Virus record (IMG/VR): IMGVR_UViG_3300010348_000820
Span: 4,820 to 68,819 of that record
Origin: a virus
Taxonomy: Duplodnaviria; Caudoviricetes
DNA length: 64,000 bases
Reading direction: 5' to 3' (one strand)
The position numbers and the translations under genes are program-made. Every line of letters starts with the position of its first letter. The stretch's first letter is position 1. A model generated the notes under the pieces. It saw only the letters and a program-made list of their open reading frames with translations, was not told the DNA's origin and did not search any database. Positions 31,532 to 40,836 of this stretch are shown one piece after another.

Positions 31532-32846
31532 CTACTATATTTAATATATTTTCAATACCATTTTCTTTATCTACAATAAAGCATTGCGTCTTTTTTTCTG
31601 TTTGCACATATCCAGTATCATTAGTCCATCTTGACCAACCGCTTATTGTAGGCAATCGGTAAATTTCAACATATCCCTGCTTCTCATACACCATTCCAGT
31701 ATGTAAATGCCCTAATAGCCAATAAAAATGATTACATCTCGACCAATAATCTTTTGCTTCTGTTGACATTAATTCTAATGCTTTTTTTACTTGAAAGTTA
31801 TGTGCTAATCCAAAGATGTTTTTGCCAAAGCAATAGTATTTTCTTGGTAATGGTGAACAATCTATATCAATATTTTTATCATCTTTAAAATAATAAGATA
31901 CTGCCTTCATAATAGAATAGAATGATTGGCAATCATGATTCCCTTGCACAGAAATAACTTTAACTTTAGAAACTTCTGCAAGACTGAGTATAATCTCAAT
32001 AAGTAATTCTGTAGCATCATCTATTGCATCATACCATAAATTTGAGTTATCTTGAGCTGTACCTTTTGTTGTAGTTCCAACAAGATTATCAAAATTCAAA
32101 AAGTCATTCCCTGCAACAAATATTACTTCTTCAAACTCTTCATTCTTTACTCTAAGTTTTAATTCATTAATTGTATCCCAAACAAGATTTTCTGCAATTT
32201 CCTGATTATATGAATTTCCAGTTGTTTTATCTGTTGCCAATAAGCAATAATGGAGATCTGCTAAAGGGAATATAAGCGCCTTTCCATTTGTTTTATAATT
32301 TCTTGGATTTGTTTTGACTGGATGTAAATCTTTTACTTTTAAATTGTCAAATAATCTATCAATTGATTCTTCTGTCCATTTGGCTACAATAGGCTTTACA
32401 GTAATTTTACTTTGGTATAACAAAAGTCTACTACCACCTTTTTTAGCCATATGCCAAAGATTATTTTTAGCATTAACCAATTCAAAAGTATTAGGATTAA
32501 ATCCATGAGCCTTTAAAAGAATTTCTGGATTATGTTTATCCATTTCGCAGATTTCAATTAGTTTATCACTTGTAATGCTACCATCCGACTTTATTTCTTC
32601 ACTATCTTTATAATCTTGCTGATTATATGAGAAAGATGAATTTGCATTTTTATTAGGCAATCCTCTATTCTGTCTTTCCCTTTTAAAGCTGGATCTTAAA
32701 GCCTCTGGATTCGCATAAGAATACTTTTCAGAAAGAGTATTCCAAGTTTCTCCTAATTTCCAATCTGCTAAGTAATGTTTGTAACATTCTTCAAAAATTG
32801 ATTTTTCCAATTTTTCTCCTGTATATATATCTATCCTAAATAACAA
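31524..32846 (-). CDS. Calcineurin-like metallophosphoesterase (SPbeta YonJ-like)
   Basis: ADLH, GND, GNHD and GHLH motifs; N-terminal helical domain. Confidence 0.85.
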   Translation of the reverse strand: MLFRIDIYTGEKLEKSIFEECYKHYLADWKLGETWNTLSEKYSYANPEALRSSFKRERQNRGLPNKNANSSFSYNQQDYKDSEEIKSDGSITSDKLIEICEMDKHNPEILLKAHGFNPNTFELVNAKNNLWHMAKKGGSRLLLYQSKITVKPIVAKWTEESIDRLFDNLKVKDLHPVKTNPRNYKTNGKALIFPLADLHYCLLATDKTTGNSYNQEIAENLVWDTINELKLRVKNEEFEEVIFVAGNDFLNFDNLVGTTTKGTAQDNSNLWYDAIDDATELLIEIILSLAEVSKVKVISVQGNHDCQSFYSIMKAVSYYFKDDKNIDIDCSPLPRKYYCFGKNIFGLAHNFQVKKALELMSTEAKDYWSRCNHFYWLLGHLHTGMVYEKQGYVEIYRLPTISGWSRWTNDTGYVQTEKKTQCFIVDKENGIENILNIVVG

Positions 32847-32881
32847 TTTAAGAAATCAATATTATACATATTAATTTCTTG

Positions 32882-32952
32882 AGCCGATGAGAGGAATCGA
32901 ACCTCTAACCATTTTTTACAAAAAAATCATATTACCTTTATACTACATCGGC
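32882..32952 (-). tRNA. tRNA-Thr(UGU)
   Basis: Acceptor GCCGATG/CATCGGC, D arm GTAT/ATAT, anticodon arm ATTTT-TT TGT AA-AAAAT, T arm AGAGG-TTCGATT-CCTCT, U73; CCA not encoded. Confidence 0.8.
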
Positions 32953-33059
32953 GATTATACTGTATCACTCATATGATACAGTGCATTTTGCTCCACCAGC
33001 CGTCACAATGGTGAGTCCATTTGAAAAGAATAAATCCCCTATTCCATGAACTATTTAAT

Positions 33060-33371
33060 TTAGATACTTTTTACTTCTGTATCATCATCTTTATCTTTAC
33101 AAATCTTTACTCCATATTCGATTTGCATTTGCTGTAATTTAATTCCAGCATCTATCTCCATTTTCGATCTTATAATCTCTAAAATGCTATTTTCTGATAG
33201 ACCAATTTTATTGATGACTCCAATAAATCCCAAAAGATTAGAACCTTCTTTAATTCCTTCTTTTAATTCATCTTCTGAAGGGTCATACGATAAGGCAGGA
33301 TAATTAATATTATCACAATCACAGTCACAATTTTCTAATTCATCTTCGTATTTTAGGTTTTGTTCGCTCAT
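33060..33371 (-). CDS. Acidic hypothetical protein
   Basis: 103 aa ORF with RBS GAGG. Confidence 0.5.
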   Translation of the reverse strand: MSEQNLKYEDELENCDCDCDNINYPALSYDPSEDELKEGIKEGSNLLGFIGVINKIGLSENSILEIIRSKMEIDAGIKLQQMQIEYGVKICKDKDDDTEVKSI

Positions 33372-33383
33372 AATCCTCTCGAT

Positions 33384-33986
33384 TTATAGTAATTCATCTA
33401 CAATACCAAGCTCTAATGCTTGGTCTGCCCAAAAGAAAAAAGATTTTTGATGAGATACAATGTCCTCAAGATACTCTTTAGTAATTTTTGTGTTCTTTAA
33501 TAGAATGCCACTAACTAAATCCCACAATGCCTTATGCTCTTCGTAATTATTTTTTATATCTTCTTTAGATTGAAAACCAAAGTTATAGCTACCAATGTCA
33601 TGTATCATAAATCTTGTATATCTTTGTGCATATCGTTTAGACCCTGCACTTGCAAAAATTACTGCCGCTGACATGCAAGAAGCATATACATAAATATTTA
33701 TTTCATATCCTTGTTCTTTTGCTTTCTCAATAGCCGAAACCATACTTAAAGCAGACAGGACTTCACCGCCATTGGATGATAGTTTAATTGTAATAGGTAA
33801 TTTCTTTCCTTTAGTATTACAAAGATTTTCAAGCATACGATTAAAAATAAATGCAGTATTATCATTTATATCTTCCCAGACATAAATAGTTCTTTCATCT
33901 TTATAAGCATTTAATTTCATTTCACAAATAATAGATTCTCTCGCATCTATTTGGAACGGGTCATTATTTTCTGTAATGCAATCCAC
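33384..33986 (-). CDS. clpP: ClpP-like protease
   Basis: RTIYV..IND, SSNGGEV, CMSAA (Ser), FMIHD (His), ALELGIVD motifs. Confidence 0.85.
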   Translation of the reverse strand: MDCITENNDPFQIDARESIICEMKLNAYKDERTIYVWEDINDNTAFIFNRMLENLCNTKGKKLPITIKLSSNGGEVLSALSMVSAIEKAKEQGYEINIYVYASCMSAAVIFASAGSKRYAQRYTRFMIHDIGSYNFGFQSKEDIKNNYEEHKALWDLVSGILLKNTKITKEYLEDIVSHQKSFFFWADQALELGIVDELL

Positions 33987-34020
33987 AATAAATTGCCTTT
34001 CTAAAATAAGTTTGTATTAA

Positions 34021-34218
34021 TTATACTGGAGTAGATGGAAAATAAAATTCTGCCAAAGCTAAATCGGGTTTAATAATATACCACGTACCATTGTCTGTCA
34101 TATAAACAGTTTTTCCAATAAGGCTTGCACCAGCAATTGTGCTGGCAGAACTGTCTAAATCTGTAGATAATGCTAAAAAAGCAGGAAAACAATCTGCCCC
34201 TATATATTTTAATGCCAT
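34021..34218 (-). CDS. Small hypothetical protein
   Basis: 65 aa with RBS AGGAGG; GKTVYMTDNGTWYI motif. Confidence 0.5.
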   Translation of the reverse strand: MALKYIGADCFPAFLALSTDLDSSASTIAGASLIGKTVYMTDNGTWYIIKPDLALAEFYFPSTPV

Positions 34219-34260
34219 TGCCCCTCCTTATAAATTATTACCAATCATAAAATTCAAGTT

Positions 34261-35295
34261 TTATACTAAATCATCAGGCTTTGTACTTTCTAAGTGCTGT
34301 TTTAAATTTTCAAGTTCAGACCAAACTTTATCTTTTGCTTCAACATCGTCATATAAAAACACTAAATTTACGTCTGACCACCCGAACAATTCTTTAATTA
34401 ATTCCGGTTGTATTTTCTTTCTTCCTAAAAAGCTAACAGAATAATGACGAAGAGAATGACAATAAAAAGGTTTATCTAAATAGGATTGAACTTTATTTAC
34501 CCATCCTCGTGCTGTTGATTCAGAAGCAGGATCTCCGTTAGATTTTATAAAAATGGAATCATGATCTTTCCCGTTTTCTTTCAGAATTTTTTCTCTTATA
34601 AGAAGCCATTTCTGATATTTGTCCCAAAATATATCTTTGATGATATATTTCTTTAACTGCTTCCCAAATTTTCCGCGTCCTTTCGTCCTAATAGCTTTTG
34701 TAGTTTCTAAAAATATTCCTTCATACGCAGTATTGTTCTCATCAATAAGATTTAAAGTAAACCTTAAAAGTTCAGAAAATCTACATCCAGAAGCAATTGC
34801 TAAAGATAACCAACATACTATTTGAGTTTCTTCATCTTTTTCTAAATCAGTAATAAGTTTATTTATTTCTTCATCTGAGAAAACTGTTTTCTCGCGAACA
34901 AATTCTTTAGGCATCGGCTCTACTGCTTTTAGTATAATATTACGAAAATTTGGATATTCATCATCTAACATTCGTTCTATAAAATTAGACATAGAGCTTA
35001 AACAAGATTTCAATCTTGCATATCTCGCACTACCAAAATGCAATACTTCAGTTGCATAAATAAAAAATTCACTAACTTGCAACTTCTTAATATCTACAAA
35101 AAAAGTGTTATTATTATAAAGTAAATTCCACGTATAAAAGATCAGAATATCTGATTTATAATTTTCAATCGTCTTTTCGCTACTTCTCGATCCTTTATCC
35201 CTTAAGAATAAATTCATCAACTTTATATTTTCAGGATTTATTTGTTTTGTCAATTCGGGGTTCGTAATCTTTACTTTAATTGTTTTTCTCGGCAT
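34261..35295 (-). CDS. Tyrosine recombinase/integrase family protein
   Basis: SGCRFSEL (R), KGRG (K), HSLRH (HxxR), FGWSD (W), and LYDD (Y): full catalytic set appears present. Confidence 0.85.
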   Translation of the reverse strand: MPRKTIKVKITNPELTKQINPENIKLMNLFLRDKGSRSSEKTIENYKSDILIFYTWNLLYNNNTFFVDIKKLQVSEFFIYATEVLHFGSARYARLKSCLSSMSNFIERMLDDEYPNFRNIILKAVEPMPKEFVREKTVFSDEEINKLITDLEKDEETQIVCWLSLAIASGCRFSELLRFTLNLIDENNTAYEGIFLETTKAIRTKGRGKFGKQLKKYIIKDIFWDKYQKWLLIREKILKENGKDHDSIFIKSNGDPASESTARGWVNKVQSYLDKPFYCHSLRHYSVSFLGRKKIQPELIKELFGWSDVNLVFLYDDVEAKDKVWSELENLKQHLESTKPDDLV

Positions 35296-35326
35296 CTGTT
35301 ATAAGTCCCCCCTTTTTTATAATTTA

Positions 35327-35710
35327 TTATTTTTCTCTTTTGAAGTCTTCTTCTTCCCAATCAACTTTCTCTTCTTCGTATGATTCTAAATCTTCCTCGT
35401 CATCCTCGTAATTACCTACTTTGCCTTCTTTATAAATTCTTCGTAAGTTTTTACTCGGCTTAATTGTTAATCGCTTTTTCCCCTCAGCTAATTCATACGC
35501 CTTTGTGCCAACATTATAATACCGCGAAGATTTCATAATAGTACCATCGATATGAAAAAGTCCATAGTAATCAATTCGCTTTCCTTGTGCAACAAGTTCT
35601 TTAATGATTTGGTCAAATTCATCAAGAATTTCTTTAACATCTTTTTTAGTAAAAGAAGCTCTTTCAGCAATTTCTTTGATCACATACCTTTTATCGTATT
35701 TAATTTCCAC
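35327..35710 (-). CDS. hup: HU/IHF-like DNA-binding protein with acidic C-terminal tail
   Basis: IKEIAERASFTKKDVKEILD and G.F..  YYNVGTK..LTIKPSKNL HU pattern; position after RNAP as in SPbeta. Confidence 0.85.
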   Translation of the reverse strand: MEIKYDKRYVIKEIAERASFTKKDVKEILDEFDQIIKELVAQGKRIDYYGLFHIDGTIMKSSRYYNVGTKAYELAEGKKRLTIKPSKNLRRIYKEGKVGNYEDDEEDLESYEEEKVDWEEEDFKREK

Positions 35711-35804
35711 AATTTTCCTCTTTCTTTTTTTTTACCTATTCACTAAGCGTAATACACACTCTGATTAATATATTAGATATTTAATATATATTTAATTAAA
35801 TAAA

Positions 35805-36554
35805 CTATATTTTACTTTTTTCAATATGTTTTTTTACATTTTTGTTTACATCTTCTAATCTTTTTTTCTTATAGCACTCTTGGCACAAATTGTGCATTTT
35901 AGATATATTATCTATTGTCCTTCCACAAGAATCGCAGGTAATGACATAATGATCAACAATATTATCTAAACTTTGTATTGTTATAACAACTTCAGGATCA
36001 TCACAAGCAATATTTATTTCAAAATAACCATTAGGGAAAGTAGTAATAAATCCACTTTGCTCTAAGTTATAAAGTAAAACTTTTCTTTTATATTTCTCAA
36101 CATTAATTTTAGCCATTTTCAAAATCTTCAAAAAGTTATATGAATATACATAATATTTATTGTTTTTACTAATTTTATTTTTTGGGATATAATTACTTTT
36201 TAAATATTTAGATATAACTAACATTACGAATAATATTTTTTGTAAATGGTGATTCTTTAGCATTTTTATAGAATCAATTTCTTTTTTATTAATATTGATT
36301 TCTATATTCATTTTAGTTTTATGTTTTTTAGAAGACCTTATAGCATTAGATATTTTTTTTCTTGATAAAATTTCATTAAATCCTACTTGGCTTTTAGTAC
36401 AAAATTCATTCAATATATCTTTTATTTCTCTATCATTTTTCCCTTCCTCATCTCTGAAGTACTTTGCTAAAATAAACAATTCTTCAAAGTTCATAAAAGA
36501 AGTAAAACCATTTTCTAATATTTCTTCTGCTCGTTTTTTTTCATAAAATATCAT
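35805..36554 (-). CDS. Basic hypothetical protein with C-terminal zinc finger
   Basis: 249 aa, CDSC/CQEC; directly downstream of RNAP gene. Confidence 0.55.
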   Translation of the reverse strand: MIFYEKKRAEEILENGFTSFMNFEELFILAKYFRDEEGKNDREIKDILNEFCTKSQVGFNEILSRKKISNAIRSSKKHKTKMNIEININKKEIDSIKMLKNHHLQKILFVMLVISKYLKSNYIPKNKISKNNKYYVYSYNFLKILKMAKINVEKYKRKVLLYNLEQSGFITTFPNGYFEINIACDDPEVVITIQSLDNIVDHYVITCDSCGRTIDNISKMHNLCQECYKKKRLEDVNKNVKKHIEKSKI

Positions 36555-36580
36555 TCAATCCGTTTTCCTATATCTGTAAA

Positions 36581-39500
36581 TTAATAAAACTCCTCGTTAT
36601 ATTCATTTGCTATATATATTTTCTTTTTCGAATATTTTTTATCAAGATAATTAATTGCACCATCTTTATCTAAGAATGGTATTTGAATATCTTCCTGCTT
36701 ATTTGCTTTTATATTTTCAATCAATCCTTCACCAAACACTAACCACGCAAAAGACTTATTATCGCTCGGATGTAATTCGTAGCATATAACTACTGCTAAA
36801 GAAGCTAATTCTTCCAAATTAGGAGTAATTTTAAGTGCTTCTTGTTTTATATATTTGCAATATTGTTCAAGCGTTTTAAATCTTACTTCACCTGAATCCG
36901 CATCAATAGAATCGAAGTTTCTTTTACCTGATTTATACTTTTTATATACGGCATAAAGTTTATCTAATTTATCTTTGTCAACTTCAAAATCTTTTGACTT
37001 TAATAATTTTACAGTAGATTCTGTATTCTTACGCCTTACGCCTTGCCTAATTTCTTTTACTTTACTTTGCATATATTTAGATATATTATTAGTTGTACAG
37101 CTTGATTCAATTAAAGGATTATATTTATTGAATTTATTAATAGCTTCAATTTGTTCTTCAGATAATTCTGATTCATCTAAATTCAAAAGCTCTTCTAAAA
37201 ATAAGCAAAATTTAGCTTGAGAAAATGTATCATAATTTTCATAATGGCGTCTATATTCTTTAGAATAATTACTATAAACATTCGTCATAAATTTAGGACG
37301 TTTTGAAATTAGAATTCTATTATTGAATTCTGCTTTAGATTTTTCTTCCTCGCTCATATCATCAGTAATTTTATTCCAATTAGTCCAATGAGAAGGAATA
37401 GGTCTAATTACCAAACCTTTTGTAGCATCTATAATAGCGCCCTGCTCTCTACGACACTGCTTTAATCTTCTGATAATTTCTTTATATTCTGCACTTTCTG
37501 GATCAAACATTGGAAGCATAGAGTACATTGTTGTACTAAGATTCGTTAAAAATCCTACCTTAGTATTAAATCCGTTTATATCTGATTTATATAATTCTGA
37601 CTCAATTATCTTGCACTCTGGTGCTTTTTTAGTTTCATACATTACTGGCAATCCACCATATGCACCATTGATTATATCCTTTTGGTCTGTTAGGCATACA
37701 ATGTCTCCATCGTACCTTTATGTTAGCTTATAGTTACCTATAAGAGCAGAGCACATCATTATCCTGTTTTTATAAAAAAGTTAAAATAAACTATAAAATA
37801 AAAATAGGGTATTCGGCGCTTCTCAAGCATGAATTTCACATGCAAGATACATTCTTTCGAATTGCTCGTTACACTTTCCTTATTACAAGGCTTAGCACGG
37901 TATTGTCCTTGCTTACACAGTCGGAGTTCCACCGTTAGCAGATATTTTTATCCACACCTCAGATTTCTGAGTTCACCGAATTTTCATCTAAATGTTACCA
38001 TTTAGAGCGACTATTTAACTAATCGGCACCACCTAACACTGCCATATCCATTCCGTTTGCAGGGAATATACAGCAACAATTCAGATATTCATACCAATGT
38101 TCCATATTATCATCAGTTTTTAGATTCATCACATCAACTTCAGATCTCCAAACTAAAGGAGATCTCATCCCAGCAATCTTATTTATTCCTTTATCAAGCC
38201 AATATCTGCAATAATATTCTCCTCTTTCTAATAACCCTTTAACTGGTAAACTAAATATATGGTCAAGCATTGCGATTGGATCTGCAACCATAAACGTATA
38301 ATTGCCATTAACAATAAGATTTCCAATATAAGATTCTTTTATTTTTTTCTTTATAGAGTTTTGAATATGAGTCTGGATATACGGATCATAGATAAGCTCA
38401 TTATTTAATATAATCGCTTTTGTTACATTATCGCCAATCTTATCAAATATATATTCATCATATTCTTCATCACATAAATCTCCTAAAAGATAAAGCAAAG
38501 TATAATCTAAAGTATTTGTGCTTATATTTTTGAAATATTCAACTGTTTTTTTGCATAGAGATTTTATAGCTTTTTCATCTAAGTTTAATGCTTGTATAAA
38601 TTGATAATTTAAAGTTGTGTGATTTTTTTCTTGTTTCGGAGCATATCGTGTTACTCCCCACCCGATATTATTCTGTTTGCTATTTTTTACATACGATTTT
38701 ATATTATCGAAGGCGTTCCATAATTTAAATTGAGAAGCTGATAAAATTACATCCATATCTCGAATATTTATAGTATCCCCGTATATATCTTCAATAATAT
38801 GCTTACCAATGTAATCAGAATATTCTACAAAATCAACAACAACCAATAACCCTTTTATAAAATTAGACCTTACAATAAAACAACTTGGGATATAATCTAA
38901 TTCTAAATCCTCAGCCCATTGCTTAGCCATTCTTGGACTGATCAATCCTTGCCCGTCAAACAAATTAAATTTTATTTCCTTTTCAACTTCTTCTATTTTA
39001 TCATCACCACTCGGATCTTCTTCTACCCATTCTACTTTTTCTATACGTTTTATTTCACAGTCTTTTACAACTGTAAATAATGGTGTAGTTACTGGTAATG
39101 CAGTTGATGATGCTAAAGCAAAATAAGCATTGAACTTTGCGGGTACTATCGGAATATCTTTTCTTCCATTATTTAAAGTTTCTTTTGTTTGATGTTCTAT
39201 TTCAGAGTCAATTAATAGAACATTATTCCGCCTTGCTTGCCCAGCGCTACACATTAGTCTTACATATTTCTTGCCGTTTACAAATAATCCTTCATTGATG
39301 ATTTTTACATAATGGCGATTATCCTCAACAACCAAACTAATAACTTCTGGAACAAACAATATTGCATCAATTTCTTTTTCTATCTCATATAGTCTTAAAG
39401 GATTATCTAATTTCTTTTTTGCTATTTTCTTTTGTTCTAATAATTCATTTAACCGATTTTCATAATCAGTTCGATTCTTAATTTGTCGAATCGTAGTTAG

Positions 39501-39638
39501 TAATTGGGAATTACCTATTGATATTAATTCCCCATTCTTTCTTGCATCATTTATATTTAATTGTATATTTAATTTATCCTGGATTATCCTTTGACTACTC
39601 AATTTGTATATATAAAATTGCTGTAGTTTTTTTGCCAT
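36581..39638 (-). CDS. yonO: YonO-like single-subunit (RdRP-like) DNA-dependent RNA polymerase, two exons (39638-38022 and 37714-36581), 916 aa after splicing
   Basis: CSAGQAR, FDGQGLISP, QFIQAL, MRSP motifs; splicing restores catalytic GGAD|YDGD (DxDGD); exon 2 is in frame with the 356 aa ORF. Confidence 0.9.
37715..38021 (-). ncRNA. Group I intron (subgroup IA-like) in RNA polymerase gene
   Basis: Exon ends GAU, intron begins UAG and ends G; P1 CGAU/GUCG with U.G; P2 CUAAAUG-GUAA-CAUUUAG; P3 AUUCGG/CCGAAU; P7 GAGCA/UGCUC; extra stems between P7 and P3; P9 CUUAUAG-GUAA-CUAUAAG. Confidence 0.9.
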
Positions 39639-39649
39639 TTACCTCCATA

Positions 39650-39877
39650 TTAATCTTCGCTGGAATTAAATATATCCCATTCGGTAGGTTCGCCATAATC
39701 GGTCATTGTATCAGTATATTTGTTATAGCTAAATTCACTCCAATTATCATCACTCTCATCTTCCATAACATTAATTTCTCTTTCAATATAATTTTCACAA
39801 TAATCATAATACATAAGGAATTGTTTAATAAAGGGAGTGCAGATGCCATTTTTAAGACAATTATTGCACTCTATCAA
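39650..39877 (-). CDS. Small acidic Cys-containing hypothetical protein
   Basis: 75 aa with RBS AAAGGAG, directly upstream of RNAP. Confidence 0.5.
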   Translation of the reverse strand: MIECNNCLKNGICTPFIKQFLMYYDYCENYIEREINVMEDESDDNWSEFSYNKYTDTMTDYGEPTEWDIFNSSED

Positions 39878-39933
39878 ATTTATTCTCTCCTTTCTAATCA
39901 GATCAAATCTGATTAACTACATAAATAATGCTA

Positions 39934-40089
39934 TCAATTATTAGCATTTCTAATCATCATCCAAAAACTCACAAAACCGCAAGCAATTAATCCTACTTGA
40001 ATCGGAATTGAAAATCCTGCACTGCCAACTAATACGAAATAAATCGACACCAATAATCCGGCTAAACCAATTTTATAATATCTATTCAT
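39934..40089 (-). CDS. Small membrane protein (51 aa)
   Basis: Hand translation MNRYYKIGLAGLLVSIYFVLVGSAGFSIPIQVGLIACGFVSFWMMIRNANN; RBS AAGGAG. Confidence 0.5.
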   Translation of the reverse strand: MNRYYKIGLAGLLVSIYFVLVGSAGFSIPIQVGLIACGFVSFWMMIRNANN

Positions 40090-40468
40090 ATTATTCTCCT
40101 TAGTAACTTTTTATAAGCCAAATAAGCCATACGATTAGAAACTTTTTATAAGCCAAATAAATCATGCAATAAGTATAGCACCAAATATAACCGCTAAAAC
40201 TAACCACAGCGGGGAATTATCTAATATAACTTTTATAAGCCAATAGTGAATCATCCTACCAAATTAAAATTTGCATAACCAAAAACATTATACTAAAAAC
40301 AAGAAGCGAGATCAACCCAAATGCATCCATAAATTCAATCTCCTTTTAATGTCCTAAGAAGCGTTATTCATAATAAGTTTATATAAATATTTCAAATTTA
40401 AAAAAACAAGTATTAACCAAATAAGCATAATCATATCCTCTCCTAATAATAAATTATATTGCATATTC

Positions 40469-40497
40469 AATATACCACAAAAGTTGTTATTTGTCAA
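40469..40497 (-). promoter_or_regulatory. Sigma70/SigA-type promoter for leftward (RNAP) operon
   Basis: TTGACA-17 nt-TATATT. Confidence 0.65.
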
Positions 40498-40537
40498 TAG
40501 GCAATTTGTTACCTATTTCTTATGTATCATATATTTT

Positions 40538-40566
40538 AGTATAGCACCAATACTTATTCTTGTCAA
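40538..40566 (-). promoter_or_regulatory. Second tandem SigA-type promoter for leftward operon
   Basis: TTGACA-17 nt-TATACT with TG upstream of -10. Confidence 0.75.
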
Positions 40567-40619
40567 TAGTAAAAATCAATATCAATATAATTTCTAACAA
40601 ACTTCTTATAATTGTACTA

Positions 40620-40648
40620 TTGACATATATAAAGTTCTGTGATAATAT
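40620..40648 (+). promoter_or_regulatory. Divergent SigA-type promoter for helicase
   Basis: TTGACA-17 nt-TAATAT. Confidence 0.55.
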
Positions 40649-40836
40649 TATATTTGTAGGCTTGCTAATTGGGCTTGATTCTATTTAATGGATTGCAACT
40701 ATTAATAGAGTGACAAATTAGAGACTTATTCCTTTCCCTCTAAGCCCAATTTTATATAAGGAAAAGGAACTGTGCAAAAATATGGAGATAATTATATTAA
40801 GAAAGGACATTATTATGAAAGTTTTAAATAGTAGGT

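Noticed and set aside
650-34825. Numerous plus-strand ORFs antisense to left-arm genes (e.g. 650-991, 9570-10163, 15755-16126, 30339-30698)
   Set aside because: Shadow ORFs of long minus-strand genes; no RBS, no recognisable motifs.
34261-35295. Recombinase as evidence that this window is an integrated prophage
   Set aside because: No host genes or att site visible; such integrase-family genes occur within SPbeta-like late/middle operons and may serve resolution or regulation.
36581-37651. 356 aa ORF as an independent gene or second RNAP subunit
   Set aside because: No RBS at its TTG start; frame is open upstream to YDGD and joins exon 1 across a well-formed group I intron.
38019-38021. TAG stop-codon reassignment or read-through
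   Set aside because: The TAG is the first intron triplet; other long genes are intact under the standard code and genes use TAG as a normal stop (e.g. permease).
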